DNA of 64,000 nucleotides from Giardia intestinalis (Eukaryota): NCBI GenBank assembly GCA_000002435.2, contig CM018792.1; one strand, 5' to 3'. Shown piece by piece: positions 1 to 9,684 of this stretch (position 1 is its first letter; each line of letters starts with the position of its first letter). The notes under the pieces were generated by a model. It saw only the letters and a program-made list of their open reading frames with translations, ran no database searches and was not told where the DNA came from. The position numbers and the translations under genes were made by a program.

Positions 1-608
1 CCCTACCCTACCCCCCTACCCTACCCTACCCTACCCTACCCTACCCTACCCTACCCCTACCCTACCCTACCCTACCCTACCCTACCCTACCCTACCCCCC
101 CCCTACCCTACCCTACCCTACCCCCTACCCTACCCTACCCCTACCCTACCCTACCCTACCCTACCCTACCCCTACCCTACCCTACCCTACCCTACCCTAC
201 CCTACCCCTACCCTACCCTACCCTACCCTACCCTACCCTACCCTACCCTACCCTACCCTACCCTACCCTACCCTACCCTACCCTACCCTACCCTACCCTA
301 CCCCTACCCTACCCTACCCTACCCTACCCTACCCTACCCTACCCTACCCTACCCCTACCCTACCCTACCCTACCCTACCCTACCCTACCCTACCCTACCC
401 CCTACCCTACCCTACCCTACCCTACCCTACCCTACCTACCCTACCCTACCCTACCCTACCCTACCCTACCCTACCCTACCTACCCTACCCTACCCTACCC
501 TACCTACCCTACCCTACCCTACCCTACCCTACCCTACCCTACCCCTACCCTACCCTACCCTACCCTACCTACCCTACCCTACCCTCCCTACCCTACCCTA
601 CCCTACTC
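1..608 (-). repeat. Telomeric repeat array, (CCCTA)n on the plus strand, equivalent to (TAGGG)n G-strand on the minus strand with its 3' end toward position 1. Variants include CCCCTA, CCTA, CCCTCCCTA and one C10 run near position 95-106.
   Basis: About 120 tandem 5-mer units are visible directly. TAGGG is the known Giardia telomere unit. The array ends at 606-608 and abuts VSP-homologous coding sequence. Confidence 0.95.
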
Positions 609-2986
609 TGGAGTATCAGCATCTGTATACTGAAGCATCCTCCCAGCAGGACAAGCCGTACACTTATCAGCGCCCTCACCCTTGCACTCTACGCACGCAT
701 CGTTGCACTTCTTGCACTTTCTGTCAGTGTCATTTCCGTAGTAGCCCTTGAGGTCGTGCAGTCAGATACGCATTGACTGGTTGGGGTGAGGTAGTACTCA
801 GACAGACACTTTGTACAGACCTCCTTATCGGCACCTTCACTGGTGCACTCCAAACAGTGCTCTGTGTTACAGTTACTGATTGGTTGGCATTCAGTCGATT
901 CAGTATTAGGTTGGAGTCCTTCGTTGCACTCGCACACTTGGCTATCCTGTCCGGTGGCCTTGGGGGTAGAGTTAGCAGGGCAACTAGCAACGCACGACTT
1001 TCTGTTGAGACCAAAGATGGTCTTCGTATCAGTCGTACACGTCTTACAAACCACTCCGTTGGCGCCTTTCTCACAAGTGGTGCAGTCAGTTGTTCCAGCC
1101 GACACACATGTATTGCACTCCTTTGCTTCTTCATCAACGTAGTGGGTTGCCGGACAACCAGCTGTGTCAACGCACGTGCCGGTTGTGGACTCGCCATCCT
1201 TCTTCAGGTACTTCTTGGTCCCAGACGTTTTACACAGGCTGCACTTCTGTTGCTCCTTGGCCACGCACACAGCGCAATTATCATCTGCACACGCGGTGCA
1301 CTTCTTCTCGGTAGCGTCGATGAAGAAGCCCTCCTCATTAGTACACGCCTCTGCGCTAACACAGCTGGGTGCATCGCCAGCTTTAAAGTAGAATCCATCA
1401 ACACACTCCCCACATATATTGTCCACCACACAGCTCTTGCAATCACCCACAGAGCATGTCACACACCCACTACCACCCTTGTTGGGCTTCTTATCACTGT
1501 CACAGGAGGTGCATGTAGCGGCAGCCATACCAGCCTCAGTCAGAGCTACTGGGGCTGTACACTGGGAGCAGCCCTCGACCCCCACGTATGCCTTAGTATC
1601 TACTAGTGTGCCTAGGGGGTTACCACATGCTAGTACAGACTGATTCTGATTGGATGCCCCTGGGACTATGAAGTACTTATTGTTGGCCGCCTCTGTGCAT
1701 ATCCCATTATTATCTGCTTTCTTGCACATGTAGTTGCCAGGTTGAGCTGATACACTATAACAGCCGTTCATATAGAGGAAGTAGTTAGCAGCACAAGAGG
1801 GACAGGTATGACTAGTGCAAGCAGTATTGCCTTTCTTATCAGTAGCACAGAGACCATCTATAGGATACTTACTGCTATCCCCACAGTATGAACAGTAGTG
1901 CTTTGTGGTGCCCTGATCATCTATTATCATGGCATCACAAGCACCAGAGGTACCCCCACAGGCAGTATCATCTTCACATACCTTTGTACATGTAACAGGA
2001 CTGGTACCACTCTGCTTGCGATAGTTCACCTTACAGTCAGTACACTTGAAAGTACTGGCCTCCATTGTGCATTGGGAGCACCCCTCGATGCCCCCATTGT
2101 TTGTGTCATCGCAGGCGAAGCATTCTCCAGGAGTGCTACTGACCTTCAGGAAGAACCCGGTCTTGCAGGTTTGGCATTTGGTCTTGTCAGCTTTTTCAGA
2201 ACATGTGGCACAGTTAGCACCACAGGCCTCACACGTGGCGGCAGGGCCATTTCCTTCTTTGATATACCCTTCGAGGCATTCTATGCATTCTGGTTTCTGA
2301 CTTTGCTGCTTAGTACATGTCTTGCAGCCGGCAATGCCTTTGTTCTTTGGTTCTGAATCCGACGCTGCGGGATCACTGCACAAACGACACACGTTGTCTT
2401 CGGTCATAAAGAGACCGTTATCAGCTCCTTGACACCCGGCGTAGTCTTTTGTCACACAGGTCGAGGTCCCATCAAGGGTCGTCCTGGGGGTCTTATTGGT
2501 CCCGCAGTTAGTGCACCTTGGCTTCCCCGTGGCATCATTATATTCACATGCGGTGCACCCAGCTATGTCGGGATCACATGCCTTGCAGGTCCAGGTCTTC
2601 TTGTCTGCGTACTTATCAGCACCACATTCAGTAGCCTCTACACAAGTGTTACCATCCTTCAGGAACTTCCCCTCAACGCAGGCGGTACACTGAGTCGGAG
2701 TATCAGCTGAGCAAGCAGAGCAGCCGTCTCCGCACTTCACACATGCACTGTCCTTCGTAACGAACCCTGCTTGACACTCTGTACACGTGGCCGGTCCGCT
2801 AGTGCCCGTGTGGGAGCATTCTGAGCATCCAGCGACTCCCATGACCCCGTTTCTATCTGTCGTATCAGAGCACAGTATGCACTCACTACCCTTCTCTGGT
2901 GTTGCAGCCGGGTTCTTGAACAGGCCGTTATCTGCCTTACAAGCAGTGCACACTCCACTACTGGCCTTTGTGCATATCACACTCCA
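609..2986 (-). pseudogene. VSP (variant-specific surface protein) pseudogene, truncated at both ends. There is no ATG or signal peptide; the frame opens right after a TAG at 2987-2989. A frameshift lies near 730-745, and the VSP-like frame (..KGYYGNDTDRKCKKCNDACVECKGEGADKCTACPAGRMLQYTDADTPE) runs directly into the first telomere repeat. There is no TM/CRGKA tail.
   Basis: CXXC repeats, a GCY motif (FLYMNGCY), and an N-terminal region closely similar to the neighbouring VSP at 3038..4906 (..ICTKASSGVCTAC.. vs ..ICTAAKDGVCTAC..). The 'M' in the ORF track is a GTG codon. I translated 601-780 on the minus strand by hand: the frame switches and reads through to 'gag tag gg' of the telomere. Confidence 0.8.
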
Positions 2987-2989
2987 CTA

Positions 2990-3013
2990 TCACACTATCA
3001 CACACTATCACCC
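2990..3013. repeat. Inter-VSP microsatellite (CACTAT/CACAC)n
   Basis: cactatcacactatcacacactatcaccc lies between the VSP2 poly(A) signal and the VSP1 ORF opening. A longer version of the same repeat sits at 4905-4959. Confidence 0.8.
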
Positions 3014-3023
3014 ATTGTACAGC

Positions 3024-3038
3024 ATTCACTACCCAAGT
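3024..3038 (-). promoter_or_regulatory. Extended VSP polyadenylation signal ACTTGGGTAGTGAAT (core AGTGAAT)
   Basis: Reverse complement of attcactacccaagt, lying immediately 3' of the CRGKA stop codon. This matches the conserved VSP 3' element ACTYAGRTAGTRAAY. Confidence 0.8.
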
Positions 3039-4906
3039 CACGCCTTCCCCCTGCACACGAACCACCAGCAGAGGAAGCCCACGAGGCCCCCCACGACAGC
3101 GACCACAGCCACGGAGATCCCCGCGATGGCCCCCGCGGAGAGCCCGCTCCTGTTGGCGCCAGAGGACACGCACCTGCCACCCTCTAGTCTGTACCCATCA
3201 CTGCACTGGCCGCACTTGTTCTCCTCGCTGCACCTGACGCACCCGTCGATATTGCAGGCGATGCACTTCGTTCCGTCTGTGTTCGGCCTCTGGTCTTTAC
3301 TGGTACAGGCCTCGCACTTATCGCCTGCTCCACAGTGCGAGCATCCGTCAACGGTACATGCGAAGCACCCGCTCCCAGCCAGGTTGGGCTTGTTGTTGTT
3401 GGTACACGCTGTACACACAGCAGCAGTCATACCAGCCTCAGTCAGAGCTGCTGGGGCCTTACACTGTGAACAGTTGAGTACCCCCACATATGCCTTAGCA
3501 GCACTATCAGTGCCTACTAGTGTGCCTAGGGGGTTACTACAAGCCAACACAGACTGATCAGTAGCCTTTGCTTCTGGGACTATGAAGTACCTATTATTCT
3601 CATTAACAGCTGTGCACTTGCCACCTTCAGCTGTCTTGCATATGTGACTACCGGGAGCCTTCGACGCATCATAGCACCCTCCCATATAGAGGAAGTAGTT
3701 AGCAGCAGTACATGATGTACAGACACCATTGGTACAACCATCATTTCCATCTTTAGTACTAGTGCACTTTCCATTGATTGGTACATCTCCTTGATTTCCA
3801 CAGTAAGAACAGTAATGCTTTGTGGTGCCATCAACATCTATTACTATGGCATCACAGGCGCCAGAGGTCCCACCACAAGCCGTGGGGTCTTCACATGTCT
3901 TCACACATGTATAGTTGTCTGAAGTTCCTTCTTTTCTGTAGTTAGGCTTACATTCAGTGCACTTGAATCCACCAGTGTTAGAGCATGCACTGCAGCCTTC
4001 GCGACCACCATCTGTTGTACTGTCGCAAGCAACACACTCACCAGTAGAGCCGGGTTGTTTCAGGAAGTACCCTGGCTTGCACTTAGTGCACTGATTATTG
4101 CCTGCAGCAGAGCATGTAGCACAGTTGGCATGACAGGCTGTGCACGTAGCGGTACCACTACCACCAGTTGCGCTATTGTAATATCCATCGAGACAGGCTG
4201 AGCAGGTTGGATTGTTACTTCCTGTCTTGGTACAGGTCTTGCAGCCAGGAACACCTGTATTACCGCTAGTCTTGTCGCTATCATCGCCACAGGGGATACA
4301 CTTCTTATTTCCTTCACTTAAAAAGTGTGTTCCTTCAACGCCATCTTGAGCGCACCCATTTGCATCGACGCACTCTGTCGTCCCATCTGCCGCCGTCTTC
4401 ACCATCTTGTTGCTACTAGTACTGCAGGTCTTACACTGTAGTTGACTAATAGTTGCATTGTACTCACAGGTGGCACAGTCAGCTATTCCACATGCCTTGC
4501 ATTGGCCTGTTGTCGGGTCTGCATAGTTACCAGCACCACATCCACTAGCCTCTACACAAGTGTTAGTATTCAGGTACTTCCCCTCAAAGCAGGCGGTACA
4601 CGATTGCTGATTACTCTCTGAGCACTCGAAGCAGCCCTCTCCGCACTTCTTACATGTATTAGAAGCGCTATCCTTAACGTACCCTGCTTGACACTCTGTA
4701 CACGTGGCCGCTCCTGCTTTCTGTGGTGCCTGACACTGTGCGCAGTTAGCCACCCCCGTATATCCATCTGCTCCTGTGGCATCATGACAGAGTATGCACT
4801 CCCCACCAGGAGTCACCCTCTCTGCCTTGTTCTGGAATATGTACTGGTTAGCTGTGTTACAAGCAGTGCACACTCCATCCTTGGCTGCTGTGCATATCTT
4901 ACTCCA
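3038..4906 (-). pseudogene. VSP gene copy with an intact C-terminus (TM helix + CRGKA). It has no ATG or signal peptide; the frame opens right after a TAG at 4907-4909 as ..WSKICTAAKDGVCTACNTANQ... It is probably a promoterless VSP cassette or pseudogene.
   Basis: The C-terminus reads ..GANRSGLSAGAIAGISVAVVAVVGGLVGFLCWWFVCRGKA*. The protein has many CXXC repeats and a GGCY motif. The first in-frame ATG is about 150 codons in; the 'M' in the ORF track is a GTG. Confidence 0.75.
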
Positions 4907-4959
4907 CTATCATACTATCATCACACTATCACACACTATCACCTATTATCACACACTAT
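4905..4959. repeat. Inter-VSP microsatellite (CACTAT/CACAC)n, longer copy
   Basis: cactatcatactatcatcacactatcacacactatcacctattatcacacactat, between the VSP3 poly(A) signal and the VSP2 ORF opening. Confidence 0.8.
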
Positions 4960-4963
4960 AGAG

Positions 4964-4978
4964 CATTCACTACCTAAG
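4964..4978 (-). promoter_or_regulatory. Extended VSP polyadenylation signal ACTTAGGTAGTGAAT
   Basis: Reverse complement of attcactacctaagt, directly after the VSP3 TGA stop. Confidence 0.8.
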
Positions 4979-6829
4979 TCACGCCTTCCCCCTGCACACG
5001 AACCACCAGCAGAGGAAGCCCACGAGGCCCCCCACGACAGCGACGACAGCGACGGAGATGCCTGCAATGGCACCCGTGGAGAGGCCGCTCCTGTTCGTGC
5101 TGTCTCCTCCAGTATCTCCGCCGGTGCCATCGTCAGCCTTTTGTTGCGTTACGTAACAGGTGACAGGGCCGCTACCACCAGCTGGCGGGGCACAGCTGAT
5201 GCAGTTTTCTACACCAGTGATTTGGTTGTTATCTCCACTACTAGCTGTGCACTTCACGCATTTATTGTCAATGGTTTTGTAGTACCCTGCTAAGCAATCT
5301 GTGCAGGTTTCCTTACTACCCGCACACTTCACACACCCTTCAGTGCATGTCGGACAATTCTTATCAGCATATGTCTGTCCGTTGGCACACGTTTGGCATT
5401 GTCCCTTATTCTGTGCAGCCGTACACACAGAGCTACCAGGAAGCTTCTGTGTGTTGTAGCATCCGCCCGATAACAGAGCGTAGTTTGCCCCACACTCAGT
5501 GCATTTCCCGCCACTTGCCTTACATCCGGAGGCATCTCTCGCTGTTGCAGGTATGGATGTGCAAACGCCGTCGACTGGGGCGTACCCCTCCTCGCACTGA
5601 TCGCAGTACTTCGAGCCTCCGACGTTCAGTGAGCAGCCGTCGGCCTTGCAGTGGGCCATAAAGTCTCCCGTGCACTCTTTTATGCACGTTCCTGTGTCAT
5701 CAGATGACCGATTCAACACATACCCTGGATAGCAGGCCGTGCACGACGCTTCTGCGTTAGTGCTACAGCTTGCACACGATTCGTGGCACAGATTACAAAC
5801 GTTAGCGTCAGTGCGAGTTCCCGCGGGACAGGCATCTAAGCACGCGTCTCCCAAGGGGCTCAGCTTCTTTTCTGATCCGCAAGCTTCGCAGACGTTGTCC
5901 TTACTGCACTTTTCGCAATGCTCCATGGGACACACAAAGCAGCCTGTTCCGGCTTCATTGGGTTTTTTAGTACCCTCGCAGGTAAGACACTTAACGGAAT
6001 CTCCAGTCTTTGAGCACGTCTTGCAGTCGGCCACACCGCCCTCACTGACACTACCGCAGAGATGGCACTTTTTGTCCTCTGCTATTGGGAAGTGTGTGTT
6101 ACCACATCCGTTTTCGTCAACACACGTGCCTGTCCCGTCGCTATTGGCCCCTTCTTTGAAGTATTGCTTACCAGTATCCTTGCAGGAGGTGCATTTATCC
6201 TCACCGTTGCCGGTGCACGTTCTACAATCTGCATGGCACTGCTGACAGCTTGTAGTGCCATAGTATCCGTCCACACAGCTTTTACATGTGGCCGTCTGTT
6301 CTGCACTGCTTTGTCCGGGAGTTTTCGGGGCGTCGCACGTCGCACAGTTCTGAACCCCCTTATTATGATCCACACCGGCCGTGTTGTTGCATGCAATACA
6401 GGACTCCTTCGTTTTATCAGCGTCAGATGCAGGATTCTTGAAGTACCCGTCGTGGCAAGCTATGCATATTCCATCCTTATCAGCCGTGGCAGTTCTATCG
6501 TTGCACACAAGGAGCCCGATATCGCTTCCCATCTCGTAGCACCCTCCCCTGTGCAGGAAGAAGCCGGCTTTACAAGATGTACATGTGCCATCATTCTTTG
6601 TTGTACATGCTCCTTCAGCATCCTCGCCTGTAGTTATGCACTTTCCATTGACAAGATGCTCTGCTGCTGTCGAGCACTGGGAGCAGAAGTTTGAGCCCCC
6701 AATCCAGACATTGCACATATTTTGTTTGCATTTTCCTGACTGTGAGTCACTGGTAGCCTCTGTGCATGTTTCTGCCGCAGCCCATACCACTTGCAGGATG
6801 GCGATTCCGAAGATGATTTTCCCGAACAT
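4979..6829 (-). CDS. Complete variant-specific surface protein (VSP), 616 aa. It has a signal peptide (MFGKIIFGIAILQVVWAAA), a Cys-rich CXXC ectodomain, a TM helix and a CRGKA tail.
   Basis: I place the start at the ATG at 6829, which gives a canonical signal peptide. The upstream 72 codons in the ORF track begin with GTG and are not VSP-like. The C-terminus reads GLVGFLCWWFVCRGKA*. GGCY motifs are present. Confidence 0.9.
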   Translation of the reverse strand: MFGKIIFGIAILQVVWAAAETCTEATSDSQSGKCKQNMCNVWIGGSNFCSQCSTAAEHLVNGKCITTGEDAEGACTTKNDGTCTSCKAGFFLHRGGCYEMGSDIGLLVCNDRTATADKDGICIACHDGYFKNPASDADKTKESCIACNNTAGVDHNKGVQNCATCDAPKTPGQSSAEQTATCKSCVDGYYGTTSCQQCHADCRTCTGNGEDKCTSCKDTGKQYFKEGANSDGTGTCVDENGCGNTHFPIAEDKKCHLCGSVSEGGVADCKTCSKTGDSVKCLTCEGTKKPNEAGTGCFVCPMEHCEKCSKDNVCEACGSEKKLSPLGDACLDACPAGTRTDANVCNLCHESCASCSTNAEASCTACYPGYVLNRSSDDTGTCIKECTGDFMAHCKADGCSLNVGGSKYCDQCEEGYAPVDGVCTSIPATARDASGCKASGGKCTECGANYALLSGGCYNTQKLPGSSVCTAAQNKGQCQTCANGQTYADKNCPTCTEGCVKCAGSKETCTDCLAGYYKTIDNKCVKCTASSGDNNQITGVENCISCAPPAGGSGPVTCYVTQQKADDGTGGDTGGDSTNRSGLSTGAIAGISVAVVAVVGGLVGFLCWWFVCRGKA

Positions 6830-7972
6830 TGCCGGCAGCCCATAGAGCACGCAACACCAGGCGACGTAGTTACACGGTGAGTGAGGATAATGTGCACCCC
6901 ACAGGCATGCCCCGGTGTAGCGGATCTCTGGTGTCCTAGCGGCCTCTCCTGTGTGTGGCGTCTCTAGGTACCAAGGAGAGAATGGGCGTTGTGACATCTC
7001 AAGAACGGCCCCTCGCACATCACCGGTACTTGCGACAGTAGCCATCACCCCACGAATGGTCCGCTCAGATAGTGAATACGTCCACTGCTATGAAACTGGA
7101 CCGATGCTCTTCACAAGAGCTGCCTGGACGGGAAGAAGCGCTGTGCTGTTGGGATTACCTGTAGGGGCACCCAGAAATCCCACGAGTAAACCCCGCTCCT
7201 GTGGTCGTGTTCGGAGACGAGGATTGGTCGCTGATGATATCATCAGGGATCTCCCTTCATTTGTATACCAGGAGTCTTTTGCGTCCCTCAGTTGTTCCAC
7301 AGAGGTGTACTCAGGCTGAGTGTGCACGTCGGTCTGTCTAGGATTAGGGCCTTCTCGCAGACATCTAGTCCACTAGTGATACCTCGCTTTTTGGCCTTCC
7401 TTCATGGTGGGCAAAAAGCCCAGCAGCACAGCACTGGAAACAACTGGTGGGTAGAGTGAATCGATTTTTTACTATACCAATCTATGATGATGTAAGTCTT
7501 TCTACGACCCATAGCTCCAAATGTGACAAGGCTCTTCTGGAATCCACCGCCACTGTTCCGCCTGCGCTCGTGGACTGCTGCCTGAAGGAACCGATCTACT
7601 CACTCCATGAAAAGCCTATCCGAAAAAGGCATAGTTAAAGACGCCTCTGGAAGACCTTGCATCACCAACGCTTACGACTAATAGAATGTATCTCATCAGA
7701 CTCTTCCTATGGGGGATGTCTATGGGAATGATACAAAAGACACCAGCCCGCCAGTACATGCAAACCGATGTCCTCGGCACATGTGTTCTGTGCTAGATAC
7801 GAAATAGAATGGTCTCTGCAGTGTGTATTTACGTCTGTGGACAAGGCACGTCGTCTCTCGCATAGCGAGTGCGCAGATAGATGCCGACCGTCGTAGTGAT
7901 GCTAGAGAAGAATCACAAGAAGATAAGGAAGAAGGCGGAAGAAGCCCAAGATGCGGGCCAGTGTCGATAAGC

Positions 7973-8662
7973 CTACTCTTCCAACTGGAGCCCTGCGCAG
8001 AGGTGCTGGATCTGGTTAACCATGCTCTCCACGCACGCAGTAGCATGCTCTCCATTGATCGGAACCACTCGGGTTGCCATTTCGTTGCAGCAGATACTTA
8101 CTTCTGGAGCTTCGGATGGGTGGCCAAAGACAGAAAACAGGTCCCGGTCTCTCGCATAGTGCCTCACCAGCTCGTCACAGGTGCCCATGATGAGGGTATC
8201 GAGCTGGCAACTGCTTGAGCCAGGCTGCTTCTGGAAGAATCTGTTCGCATTCTGTTGACGCTCGTCGCTGTTCTGTAGCAAGGGTGCGCCAGCATGGATG
8301 GGGCACAGGGCGTCCTGATCCATGCTGAGAATCTTCATGTTAGCCACTGGCGCCGTGCACCCAGGATAGCCGCAGGAGCCAAACACTGCGGCACCAGATC
8401 CCGCCAGGTGATACTTGCACACAGTCGCCAATGGCATTGTGATTCTGCTACATCCTGCCACGGAGCAGCGTCTTTTGACGCGTACTGCTGCCCGGATCTG
8501 GTCATCTGTTAGGAGGAGCCCCGGAGTTTTCCGTATCTCCAGCAAGTCTACAGCTCGAGCGGTGGAACCTGGCCCGGCAGTCTGGTGTGAGAGGCCCAGG
8601 CCCTGTAGCGGGTCGTCCTCAAAGAGGCCAATGCACCGGTCGACAATGCTGGAGACGGTCAT
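7973..8662 (-). CDS. Hypothetical protein with two C-x4-C-x10-17-C-x2-H zinc-finger-like motifs. The start is uncertain (M at 8689 or 8662).
   Basis: A 257-codon ORF contains CSVAGCSRITMPLATVCKYH and CGYPGCTAPVANMKILSMDQDALCPIH. I recognise no homolog. Its 5' end overlaps the Rpn11 start region on the opposite strand. Confidence 0.3.
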   Translation of the reverse strand: MTVSSIVDRCIGLFEDDPLQGLGLSHQTAGPGSTARAVDLLEIRKTPGLLLTDDQIRAAVRVKRRCSVAGCSRITMPLATVCKYHLAGSGAAVFGSCGYPGCTAPVANMKILSMDQDALCPIHAGAPLLQNSDERQQNANRFFQKQPGSSSCQLDTLIMGTCDELVRHYARDRDLFSVFGHPSEAPEVSICCNEMATRVVPINGEHATACVESMVNQIQHLCAGLQLEE

Positions 8663-9635
8663 AAAAATGTTTTCAGGCAGGGTGCCCATGGGGGTGATGC
8701 AGCGAGCAAAGCAAAACCCCAGTCTGGACCACGCGGAAAGCGTCATTGTCTCTCACGTTGCCCTCATTAAGATGCTCCGCCACTGCAAGCAGGGGATTCC
8801 CATTGAGGTGATGGGTCTTCTTCTGGGCACCTTTGTTGACAAATACACAGTCTACGTGTCCGACTGCTTTTCCATGCCTCAGGTGGGCCAGGCAGACTCT
8901 GTAGACTCTGTGGATGAAGTTTTCCAGGCAGAAATGATGGAGATGCTGAAAAAGGTTAATGTACCGGAGAATTGCGTGGGCTGGTACCACTCGCATCCGG
9001 GCTACTTTGCGTGGCTTAGCCACATCGATCAGAACACACACAAATCTTTTGAGCGGCTCGACTATCGCTCCATTGCCATCGTTCTGGATCCGATGAATAG
9101 TACATCCGGCAAGCTCGTTATCGAGGCGTTCAGGCTCATTCCCGGCGCAAGCATGGGTCTCTCATTTGGAATTTCCTTCGGTAGCAGCACAGATACACGT
9201 GTCATTACCTCTGACAAAGGATTTATGCGCCCTAAGAACCCCACCTCACTTCTTCGGGGGCTAGACAAGCAGTTCTATGCCATGCCCCTCACCTTTAGCA
9301 TGTTGGGGTACGAACGCGTCATGCTCAGCAAGCTTGCTAGCACCGACTGGGTCACGATTCTCTGTGGCACCGGCCACGGGCTCACAATAGACGAGGAGTC
9401 CAAAGCGGATGACCGGGCCACACATACCGTAGAGAGGCCCAGCGACTTTGAAATGTATGCCGATCGTACCCCCCTGGAGACGCTGCAACACCTACAGAGC
9501 GCTCTCAAGCTCGCTACCACGTCAAACGTGTCTCGTCCTTGTGAGATACTGGCCGACAAGCTCCGTGGACAGTGCTTTGCGCAAGACTTTTCTCTGACTG
9601 TCTTCAGCCATGTCATGGGGACCCCAAGTAAATGA
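8646..9635 (+). CDS. RPN11: 26S proteasome lid deubiquitinase Rpn11/PSMD14 (JAMM/MPN+ metalloprotease)
   Basis: JAMM motif GWYHSHPGYFAWLSHID with upstream E. The sequence aligns collinearly with Rpn11 (..VMGLLLGTFVDKYTVYVSDCFSMPQ.. vs [25 protein letters not shown]). An AGTAAAT poly(A) signal overlaps the stop. I chose the start as MLETVIKMF by N-terminal length; 8631 or 8667 are alternatives. Confidence 0.8.
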   Translation: MLETVIKMFSGRVPMGVMQRAKQNPSLDHAESVIVSHVALIKMLRHCKQGIPIEVMGLLLGTFVDKYTVYVSDCFSMPQVGQADSVDSVDEVFQAEMMEMLKKVNVPENCVGWYHSHPGYFAWLSHIDQNTHKSFERLDYRSIAIVLDPMNSTSGKLVIEAFRLIPGASMGLSFGISFGSSTDTRVITSDKGFMRPKNPTSLLRGLDKQFYAMPLTFSMLGYERVMLSKLASTDWVTILCGTGHGLTIDEESKADDRATHTVERPSDFEMYADRTPLETLQHLQSALKLATTSNVSRPCEILADKLRGQCFAQDFSLTVFSHVMGTPSK

Positions 9636-9684
9636 TTCACTCTTCTGTCGGATATCGGTTCCGCCCCAAAAGCATAAAAAGTTA

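Noticed and set aside
773-2710. Plus-strand ORFs of 60-277 aa (773..1606, 1898..2356, 2429..2710 etc.) lying inside the VSP genes
   Set aside because: They are antisense to strongly supported Cys-rich VSP coding sequence. Their composition (Leu/Ser/Thr/His-rich, no motifs) is typical of the mirror frame of CXXC repeats.
7330-7345. Isolated TAGGATTAGGG string resembling telomere units in the spacer
   Set aside because: It is a single imperfect copy, not a tandem array, and is most likely chance.
8415-8645. N-terminal extensions of Rpn11 (8415), the NEK genes (9610, 13617), VSP3 (7048), the CstF-50-like gene (19706) and PLPBP (18349) as given in the ORF track
   Set aside because: These extensions overlap upstream genes or start at GTG/TTG codons and lack homology. 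Starts were moved to the first ATG compatible with neighbouring genes and N-terminal alignment.
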